Assembly (NCBI GenBank): GCA_041640455.1
Contig: JBEQAF010000063.1
Location: 2,595 to 12,724, forward strand
Origin: a bacterium
GTDB taxonomy: Bacteria; CALINM01
DNA: 10,130 nt
Direction of reading: 5' to 3'
Below are positions 1 to 6,729 of this stretch, in pieces. A program made the position numbers and the translations under genes. The notes under the pieces were generated by a model. The model saw only the letters and a list, made by a program, of their open reading frames with translations. It did no database searches and had not been told where the DNA came from. The first letter of the stretch is position 1, and every line of letters begins with the position of its first letter.

Positions 1-2
1 AA

Positions 3-1409
3 CTATCCTTCCTCGAAAAAATGTCAACCTCTGCTGCCATTGCGCTTGAAAGACAGAGATATATTTTAGAACTAAAAAGCAAAGAGGAAGAGTTAAGAAA
101 TGCCTATAATGAACTGGTCGAAAAAAGAAAAGAGATTAATGAACTGTTGAAAGGCTACAAGGAAACCAATACAGAGCTCGAAAAGAGCAACAGAGAGCTA
201 CTTGAGCAGTATGAGATAGTGAAAAAATCTTACGATGAGATTAACAGACTCAACAAGGCAAAAGATCTTTTCATTGGGATTCTATCCCATGAGCTGAAAA
301 CACCTGTTACAGTTATCAAGGGCTACGTTGATACGCTCCTTAGCAGGGATTTTGATATAAATGATAATGTTAAAAATACACTGTCAAGCGTTTTAAAATC
401 GGTAAATAATCTATCCCAGATGGTAGATGATCTGCTTGATTACATGAGGCTTGAGACAAAAAAGCTTAAACTGGACATAAAGGAGGTATCTTTAAATGCC
501 ATTTTAGACAGCATTTATAGGGAACTTAAACCCTTTCTTGAAGAAAGAAAACAGAATCTAATATTTGAAAAGAAAGAGGATATAAAGATCAACGTGGATC
601 AAAAATGGATTAAAAGGGCTTTTATAAATATTGTGGGAAATGCGATCAAGTTCTCTCCTGATGAAAAAAATATCTATATTAACTATAAGATTATAGACGC
701 AGATAAACTTTGGCTGCCCGATCATGTAACCGATAAACCAAAGCCAGCTTCTCAATATATTTTAATAACCGTAAGAGATGAGGGGATAGGCATCCCCTAT
801 GATGAGCTTAACAAAATTTTTGAGAGTTTTTATGAGCTTGGAGATATAAAGACCCATTCAACTGGAAAATATAAATTTATGTCAAAGGGATTTGGTCTTG
901 GCTTATCCTTTTCTAAGCAGATAGTATCCATGATGGGCGGCATCATATACGCAGAGTCCAAGGGGTTTGATGTGCAAAACTGTCCTGGTAGCCAGATTAC
1001 CATCTGTCTGCCTTACAGAGAAGAGAAGGCAGTTGAAGAACATAAAGAAAAGATAATAATAATTGATAGCGATTTGGAGTTTTCAAGGTTTCTTGAGTTG
1101 TTTTTATCTCAGAGCTTTAGCGTCTATGTTTTTGAAGATGGTGGGATTGGCTATCTAAAGGTTCTGGAGTTGAAACCCAAACTTGTAATGATAAATGTGG
1201 CTCTTAAAAATTATGATGGTTATGAGGTCTGCAGCGTAATAAAAGAAGATAAACGTATAAGCGATATACCGGTAATATTATATGGTTCTGGACCTGAAAG
1301 CTTTGATGAGATAAGGGCAAACAGGGTTAAAGCAAACATGATCTTTTACCCCCTATTTGATACAGAGAATCTTCTGAGAGTGGTAAAACACTATATGGAA
1401 AAAAAATAA
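3..1409 (+). CDS. Sensor histidine kinase (probable GAF end, coiled coil, HisKA, HATPase_c, pseudo-receiver); 5'-truncated by the window edge
   Basis: The frame is open from position 3 (LSFLEK before M at 21), and LSFLEKMSTSAAIALERQR resembles the last helix of a GAF domain, so the true start is probably upstream. H-box FIGILSHELKTP, N-box NIVGNAIKFS, G1 DEGIGIP, G2 GFGLGL. C-terminal REC-like region from ~1050 (KIIIIDSD...PKLVMINV...DGYEVC...IPVIL). Confidence 0.93.
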   Translation, partial: LSFLEKMSTSAAIALERQRYILELKSKEEELRNAYNELVEKRKEINELLKGYKETNTELEKSNRELLEQYEIVKKSYDEINRLNKAKDLFIGILSHELKTPVTVIKGYVDTLLSRDFDINDNVKNTLSSVLKSVNNLSQMVDDLLDYMRLETKKLKLDIKEVSLNAILDSIYRELKPFLEERKQNLIFEKKEDIKINVDQKWIKRAFINIVGNAIKFSPDEKNIYINYKIIDADKLWLPDHVTDKPKPASQYILITVRDEGIGIPYDELNKIFESFYELGDIKTHSTGKYKFMSKGFGLGLSFSKQIVSMMGGIIYAESKGFDVQNCPGSQITICLPYREEKAVEEHKEKIIIIDSDLEFSRFLELFLSQSFSVYVFEDGGIGYLKVLELKPKLVMINVALKNYDGYEVCSVIKEDKRISDIPVILYGSGPESFDEIRANRVKANMIFYPLFDTENLLRVVKHYMEKK

Positions 1410-1411
1410 GC

Positions 1412-3490
1412 ATGTCAAAAGAGCTCATAGAAATTATTAAAAAGAGATTTAAAAATCCATTTCATTTTAAAGATCTTGCCAGATACCTCAATATAAAAGG
1501 GAAAGATCGGATAAAGTTATTTAACAATCTTCAAAACCTGGCAAAAAATGATCAGTTAATATCTCTGCCAGATGGCTATTTTGCCCTTAAGGGGATATTA
1601 AAAGAGATACTTTGCAAGGTATCCTGCCACAGAGATGGTTACGGCTTTGCCATCCCTCTTGATGAAAAAAGCGGGGATCTGTTTCTTCCTCCCAATGTCC
1701 TCAAGGATATTTATGATGGAGATACTGTTTGGGTTAGAAAAAAGGAGAGAAAGGGTAAAAAACCAGAAGGGGAGATTATAAGGATTGAAGAAAGAGGTAT
1801 TAAAAAAATAATTGGTAAGATTGAGAGATACAAAGGACTTACCATTGTAAGACCTGTGGACAGAAGACTTTTCTGGCCTCTAATATTAAAGTCAAAAGAT
1901 AGAGCCAACTTTAATCCTGGAGATTATGTCACGGCAGTGATTACCAAATATCCTGAAAAGGGGTTTGGAGAAGGTGAGATAGAGGAGATACTTTCAGGTG
2001 ATTCCTATGAGATAGAGCTGAAAAATATTCTGGTTAAACTTAATCTTTCTGAAAAATATCCTGAAATTGCTCAGAAGGAAGCAGAGATTCTGGCTAAAAA
2101 AATATATTCTGTCAGTGAGTTGGAGAGAAAAGACCTGACCCATATACCTTTTGTGACCATAGATGGAGAACGGGCAAAAGATTTCGACGACGCAGTTTAT
2201 TTAAAGAAAGATAAAAAGGGCTACAGGCTTTTTGTTGCCATAGCAGATGTGAGCAGCTTTGTAAAAAAGGACTCCCATCTGGATAAGGAGGCGTTGTTTA
2301 GGGGAAACAGCTATTATTTTCCTGATAGAGCAGTGCCCATGCTACCTAACATACTTTCAGATGAGCTATGTAGTCTCAAGCCTCAGGTAGATAGATTAAG
2401 TTTTGTTGCAGAGATTTTTTATTCCTCTGATGGAGTTAGAAAGTCCTGCGATTTTTACCTCGCAAAAATCAGAAGCAGGGACAGGTTGACCTACAATCAG
2501 GTGGAGGATGTGCTAAATGAGAAGGAGAGCATAAGCAAAAGCACAGATAGTATGCTCTTTCTCATGAGAGAGCTAACTGGTATTTTAGCCGAAGAAAGAG
2601 ATGAAAGAGGTAGTATTGATTTTGATCTCCCCGAGCCGGAGATAATTATAGGGCTAAACGGTAGGATTGAAGACATTATTAGGGCAAAAAGACTGCTTTC
2701 TCACAGGATAATAGAAGAGTTTATGATAGCCGCCAACAGAGTTGTGGCTGAGTGGTTTATAAACCGGGAAATACCTACCATATTCAGAATCCATGAGCCG
2801 CCCTCCGAGGAGAAGTTAATGAACCTCTCAGTTTTTTTGAGGCATCTTGGATATAATAAGCCCTTAACATCTGTAACTCCAAAAACCTTTCAGTCCATCT
2901 TAAAGACCTTTAAAGGCAAAGGCTACGAAAGAATCGTAAATACAGTAGTTTTAAGGTCAATGATGCAGGCTAAATATAGTCCTGAACCAAAAGGTCATTT
3001 CGGACTTGCCATTGATGCATATCTGCATTTTACCTCACCCATAAGGAGATACGCAGACCTCTGTGTTCACCGAGATCTAAGGAACTATTATCTGCTTTCA
3101 AAAAAAATCAATGATAAAAAAAGGCTTTATCAGCATCTTTTAAAAATCTGTGAACAGATTAATAAACGGGAGAGAGAAGCCTTTGAAGCGGAAAGAGAGA
3201 TATATGATTTTTCATGCGTTAACTTTATGAAACAGTTTATTGGCGATGATTTTGAAGGCATAATCTCAAATATCACAAAAAACGGTGTATTTGTTGAACT
3301 AAAAGATTATTTTATAGAAGGTTTTATCTCTCTTGAAGATATGCAGGATGATTATTATATATTTGATGAAGAAAGACTGAGGCTGGTGGGAAAAAGGAAG
3401 AAAAAGATCTATTACATAGGAAAGGAAGTACAGGTTAAGTTAGTCAAAGCAGATACTTTTACAAAAAGACTTTATTTTGCTTTAATTTAG
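1412..3490 (+). CDS. rnr: Ribonuclease R (RNB family 3'-5' exoribonuclease)
   Basis: 692 aa. N-terminal HTH-like segment, cold-shock domain (HRDGYGFA...DLFLPP), catalytic TIDGERAKDFDDA, LSDELCSL, SHRIIEEFMIAAN, GHFGLA and HFTSPIRRYADL motifs, C-terminal S1 domain (GVFVEL...IEGFI). Confidence 0.96.
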   Translation: MSKELIEIIKKRFKNPFHFKDLARYLNIKGKDRIKLFNNLQNLAKNDQLISLPDGYFALKGILKEILCKVSCHRDGYGFAIPLDEKSGDLFLPPNVLKDIYDGDTVWVRKKERKGKKPEGEIIRIEERGIKKIIGKIERYKGLTIVRPVDRRLFWPLILKSKDRANFNPGDYVTAVITKYPEKGFGEGEIEEILSGDSYEIELKNILVKLNLSEKYPEIAQKEAEILAKKIYSVSELERKDLTHIPFVTIDGERAKDFDDAVYLKKDKKGYRLFVAIADVSSFVKKDSHLDKEALFRGNSYYFPDRAVPMLPNILSDELCSLKPQVDRLSFVAEIFYSSDGVRKSCDFYLAKIRSRDRLTYNQVEDVLNEKESISKSTDSMLFLMRELTGILAEERDERGSIDFDLPEPEIIIGLNGRIEDIIRAKRLLSHRIIEEFMIAANRVVAEWFINREIPTIFRIHEPPSEEKLMNLSVFLRHLGYNKPLTSVTPKTFQSILKTFKGKGYERIVNTVVLRSMMQAKYSPEPKGHFGLAIDAYLHFTSPIRRYADLCVHRDLRNYYLLSKKINDKKRLYQHLLKICEQINKREREAFEAEREIYDFSCVNFMKQFIGDDFEGIISNITKNGVFVELKDYFIEGFISLEDMQDDYYIFDEERLRLVGKRKKKIYYIGKEVQVKLVKADTFTKRLYFALI

Positions 3491-3492
3491 AT

Positions 3493-5157
3493 ATGAAGAT
3501 CTACAGCGTTTATCTAACCTATAAGAATATTAAGCGACTGAGAGAGATACTTGCCGTATTTTTCAAGTATGGCTTTTCCAATCTTATTGAAAATACAGAG
3601 CTTAAAAGATTTATCCCCTTTTATCAGAGATATTTCAGAAAAAAGACAGAAAGATTTATAGAAGGTGGGACAGAGCTACAGTTTAGAAAGGCGCTCGAAG
3701 AGCTTGGTCCAACCTTTATAAAGTTTGGTCAGATGCTCTCAAGGCGCAGAGATCTCATATCAGAAAGTCTTGCAGCCGAACTATCCAGATTAGAGGATAA
3801 TGTAACCCCCATTCCATATGAGCAGATAATCGGTGTCTTTAAAAACTCTCGAATTAAAAAAGATACGGTAAAACAGATAGAGAAAACACCTATTGCATCT
3901 GCTTCTATAGCGCAGGTTTATAAGGCAAAACTTAAAGACGGAAAGGATATTGTAATTAAAATTAAAAGACCAAATGTGGAAGAGCCGATCAAAAACGATC
4001 TTAAACTGCTATCTTTTCTTGGATCCTTTCTTGATAGGCATTTTGATGAGATAAGATATATAAACCTGCCGGAGCTGATAGAGGAGTTTTCAAGAATACT
4101 CCTCAAAGAGCTTGACTTTAGAAATGAATATGCAAATATGGTAAAGGTTAAAAAAACTTTCAGCGATATAGATTTTATAATCATTCCTGAGCCTATATTC
4201 TATATGTCAGATCAGGATGTGCTCGGTATGGAACTGGTGGAAAGTATAAAAATAACAGAAAAAGACAGGATACTTAGCCTACCATTCGATGCAAAAAAGC
4301 TTGTTTTAGATACCTTTAAAATCTTTGTAAAAAAAGTTCTTGAGACGGGCGTTTATCATGGAGATCTGCATCCTGGAAATATGGGGATTACTGTAGATGG
4401 CAAAGTGGTCTTATATGATTTCGGCAACATAGGCTTTTTAAGCACCCGCATGAGGCTGATAATAAAGAAGCTTTTTAATGCAATTATTCAGAAAGACTAT
4501 GAAAACTTTGCAAAAGAGCTACTGGAATTGGGATTAATAAAAGAAAATGTGGATTTATATTTAGTTGAGCGGGATCTGATTGACGCCTTTGAAAAAAGGT
4601 TTGATATTAGCCTAAATATGATAGACCTCTCAAATCTCATTAAAGATATTATTGATATATCAAGAAAATATTCCATATTTCTGCCTTCCGAGCTGGTTGG
4701 ATTTTTTAGAACATTAATTCTCATTGAGTCTGTTGGCAAAGAATATATTGAAGATTTTTCCCTTAATAATCTCATTTATGATTTTTTTAAAGAAGCTGAT
4801 TGGATGAAGGAGTTCTTAGATGACTATCTAAGAGAGGCAAAACAGATAAAAGATATGGTGACTGCTTTACCTTACCGTGTAGACAAAATACTTAAAAAGA
4901 TGGTTAACGATACTTTTACAGTTGATTTCGTTCACAAAAATCTTGAACCGCTGATAGATGAAACTAAAAAAAGCAGTACACGTATATCACTGAGTCTTAT
5001 TATATCGGCTCTTATTGTTGGCTCATCCATAGTATTTTTTTCTGATAAGGGTCCCCATATTTTTGGTTATCCCCTTCTTGGGGTACTTGGTTTTATAAGC
5101 TCCATGTTACTGGGAATCTATCTTATTATCTCCATTGTCAGAAGTGGCAGAGTATAG
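3493..5157 (+). CDS. ABC1/UbiB/AarF-family atypical protein kinase with two C-terminal hydrophobic segments
   Basis: 554 aa. LGPTFIKFGQ (KxGQ motif), ASASIAQVY, IKIKRP, ELDFxxE, HGDLHPGN, YDFG. Hydrophobic C-terminal stretches ISLSLIISALIVGSSIVFF and LLGVLGFISSMLLGIYLIISI. Confidence 0.93.
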   Translation: MKIYSVYLTYKNIKRLREILAVFFKYGFSNLIENTELKRFIPFYQRYFRKKTERFIEGGTELQFRKALEELGPTFIKFGQMLSRRRDLISESLAAELSRLEDNVTPIPYEQIIGVFKNSRIKKDTVKQIEKTPIASASIAQVYKAKLKDGKDIVIKIKRPNVEEPIKNDLKLLSFLGSFLDRHFDEIRYINLPELIEEFSRILLKELDFRNEYANMVKVKKTFSDIDFIIIPEPIFYMSDQDVLGMELVESIKITEKDRILSLPFDAKKLVLDTFKIFVKKVLETGVYHGDLHPGNMGITVDGKVVLYDFGNIGFLSTRMRLIIKKLFNAIIQKDYENFAKELLELGLIKENVDLYLVERDLIDAFEKRFDISLNMIDLSNLIKDIIDISRKYSIFLPSELVGFFRTLILIESVGKEYIEDFSLNNLIYDFFKEADWMKEFLDDYLREAKQIKDMVTALPYRVDKILKKMVNDTFTVDFVHKNLEPLIDETKKSSTRISLSLIISALIVGSSIVFFSDKGPHIFGYPLLGVLGFISSMLLGIYLIISIVRSGRV

Positions 5158-5769
5158 TTTTTTTCTGCCAAAATACTTTTTAGCAAGAAATACAAAGAGA
5201 AAGATTAATATAAGGGTTATTATCACTACCCTATCAACCCTTTTTACATATTCAATAAGTACCTCAATCTTGTCTCCGAAAAAATATCCCAGAAATACAA
5301 AAATGGGTGCGGATAGTAGCGCCGCCAACGAGTCTATGAGAAAAAATGTTCTGAATTTAGCCTTTAAAGTACCGCAACTAAAAAATACAGCTGAACGGAG
5401 CCCGGGCAGGAAGCGAGCAAAAAATATGGTTTTTTTGCCGTGATCCATGATAAATCTTTTTGCTCTTTTCAGTCTTTCCTTCGTGAATATTTTTGAGAAA
5501 AATCTATTTTTTAAGATCTGAACACCATATCTTTTTCCCAACAGAAAAATTATAGAGTCTCCGATCATTATGCCTGCATACCCCAGAAAGAGAGCTTTAT
5601 AAATGGTGCCATATCCGTTGAATACAAGGTATCCAAGCATGATAAGCAGAATGTCTTCTGGCAGCGGCAGTCCGAGTCCGCAGAAAATGAGAATTATAAA
5701 GGGTATGTATATTATTATTGTCTGATAGCCTGAAAAAAAGCCGATAAAGTTTAATAAAAAGTTATCCAT
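5107..5769 (-). CDS. DedA-family membrane protein
   Basis: 220 aa, hydrophobic. GLPLPEDILL, GIMIGDSIIFLLGKRYG and FFARFLPGLR are typical DedA motifs. ATG directly abuts the mazG stop (TAG|ATG). Confidence 0.93.
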   Translation of the reverse strand: MDNFLLNFIGFFSGYQTIIIYIPFIILIFCGLGLPLPEDILLIMLGYLVFNGYGTIYKALFLGYAGIMIGDSIIFLLGKRYGVQILKNRFFSKIFTKERLKRAKRFIMDHGKKTIFFARFLPGLRSAVFFSCGTLKAKFRTFFLIDSLAALLSAPIFVFLGYFFGDKIEVLIEYVKRVDRVVIITLILIFLFVFLAKKYFGRKKLYSATSDNGDNKIDSQ

Positions 5770-6522
5770 CTACTTTGCTTCTTCCCAGAACTTTTCGATA
5801 ATCTCTCTCGGGGTGTTAAAGAAGTCCTTTCCTGATTTGCTAAGTTCATTCTCTATATATTTCAGTCTTTTTAGAAACTTAAGACAGGTGCTTCTTAACG
5901 CCTCTTCGGGATGGATATCAAGAAAAACCGAGAGATTAACTGAAGAGAAAAATAAATCACCCAGCTCTCTGGTAATCTTTTCTTTAGATTTTTCTCCTAT
6001 AGCCTCCTTTAACTCCTCCGTTTCTTCAGATATTTTATTGAATATCTCATCGGCACTATTAAAACCAAACCCAGATTTGTCAGCCCGTTTAGCTATTATA
6101 TAAGCCAGAGCCAGAGCTGGCGCACTCAAAGGGATATTACTAAAAATACCCTTGTTTTCATGTTTTTTCTTCTCCTTTACCCAGACCTGATAGGCTTTCT
6201 CTTCTTCGTATTCTTTGTTTTCACCGAACACATGGGGGTGTCTGTTTATTACCTTTCTGTTAATATCCTCAATTATCTGTGAGATATCTTTACCGCCTTT
6301 TTCCTTCAGAATGGTAGCCAGAAGAAGAATGTTTAGCAAAAGGTCTCCCAGCTCTTCAGAAATATTTGATAGATCATTGTTTTCTATAGCATCGAGAAGC
6401 TCATAGACCTCTTCCAGAATATAACTTTTATAACTTTCAAGGGTCTGAGCTCTATCCCATGGACAACCCTTTTCTGATCGAAGATATTCTACTGTATTTA
6501 TTAAATTTTCAAAGCTTTTCAT
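5770..6522 (-). CDS. mazG: MazG-family nucleoside triphosphate pyrophosphohydrolase (two tandem MazG domains)
   Basis: 250 aa. GCPWDRAQT, EEVYELLDAI, EELGDLL, RHPHVFG; second domain EETEELKEA...ELGDLFFS. Confidence 0.94.
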   Translation of the reverse strand: MKSFENLINTVEYLRSEKGCPWDRAQTLESYKSYILEEVYELLDAIENNDLSNISEELGDLLLNILLLATILKEKGGKDISQIIEDINRKVINRHPHVFGENKEYEEEKAYQVWVKEKKKHENKGIFSNIPLSAPALALAYIIAKRADKSGFGFNSADEIFNKISEETEELKEAIGEKSKEKITRELGDLFFSSVNLSVFLDIHPEEALRSTCLKFLKRLKYIENELSKSGKDFFNTPREIIEKFWEEAK

Positions 6523-6536
6523 TTAAAAAAACGATA

Positions 6537-6568
6537 TTGACTTAAAAATCATTTTCAGCTAATATAAT
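6537..6568 (+). promoter_or_regulatory. Predicted sigma70 promoter for the candidate sRNA (or a radA leader)
   Basis: TTGACT (6537-6542), 17 nt, TAATAT (6560-6565). An overlapping perfect TATAAT lies at 6563-6568 (20 nt from the -35). Predicted start ~6572-6575. Confidence 0.65.
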
Positions 6569-6571
6569 AGT

Positions 6572-6635
6572 TAGCTTTATCTCCTTCTTTTACCCGGTAT
6601 GGTTTAAATCCCTCCTAACCTGCCGGGTTTTTTTT
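6572..6635 (+). ncRNA. Candidate ~65-nt small RNA with two C/U-rich anti-SD motifs
   Basis: Bounded by the predicted promoter and the terminator. Contains ATCTCCTTCTTTT (6579-6591) and loop TAAATCCCTCCT (6605-6616). No credible ORF or RBS on this strand. Not recognised as a known RNA family. Confidence 0.55.
6592..6635 (+). terminator. Rho-independent terminator
   Basis: Stem ACCCGGTA(T)GGTT (6592-6604) pairs with AACCTGCCGGGT (6617-6628): 12 bp with one G-U pair and one bulge, 12-nt loop, followed by T8 (6628-6635). Confidence 0.8.
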
Positions 6636-6642
6636 CGTCCAA

Positions 6643-6671
6643 ATTTTATCTTTTAAAAAAACGCAAGTCAA
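6643..6671 (-). promoter_or_regulatory. Predicted sigma70 promoter for mazG-dedA
   Basis: Minus strand TTGACT (6671-6666), 17 nt, TAAAAT (6648-6643). Predicted start ~6636, giving a ~114-nt leader before the mazG ATG. Confidence 0.65.
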
Positions 6672-6687
6672 CTTATACTAACTTATA
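6670..6687. repeat. Direct repeat AACTTATA x2 with 10-bp period; possible transcription factor site
   Basis: AACTTATA at 6670-6677 and 6680-6687, overlapping the edge of the minus-strand -35. Confidence 0.4.
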
Positions 6688-6729
6688 GATACTAAAAAAT
6701 CAAACAAAAGATTAGAAAAAGGTTCTCTG

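Noticed and set aside
21..23. ATG at 21 as the true start of the kinase
   Set aside because: The frame is open to the window edge, there is no SD, and the sequence looks like the tail of a GAF domain.
1399..1406. A8 tract (also at 9441-9448) as a phase-variation or frameshift site
   Set aside because: Such runs are common Lys codons in this AT-rich sequence and the frames are intact.
558..4775. Minus-strand ORFs 558-755, 1711-1908, 3918-4184 and 4497-4775
   Set aside because: Antisense shadows inside well-supported genes; no recognisable motifs.
3493..5157. Assigning the gene symbol ubiB with a ubiquinone function
   Set aside because: Family membership is clear, but there is no ubiE/ubiJ context and orthology cannot be shown from sequence alone.
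5135..6406. Plus-strand ORFs 5135-5443, 5813-6103 and 6215-6406
   Set aside because: Antisense to dedA and mazG; no recognisable motifs.
6578..6589. TATCTCCTTCTT matches the reverse complement of the T7 gene 10 / pET RBS
   Set aside because: Only 12 nt match, with no other vector sequence and no downstream ATG; not contamination.
6572..6635. Hairpin as tRNA, CRISPR repeat or known riboswitch
   Set aside because: No cloverleaf, single copy, and too little sequence before the terminator for any aptamer I recognise; no obvious antiterminator. An Rfam search is still needed.
5770..6636. mazG as part of a mazEF toxin-antitoxin or anti-phage locus; type I toxin in the leader
   Set aside because: No mazE/mazF or defence genes nearby; two-domain housekeeping MazG; the only leader ORF is 9 aa, too short for a typical membrane toxin.
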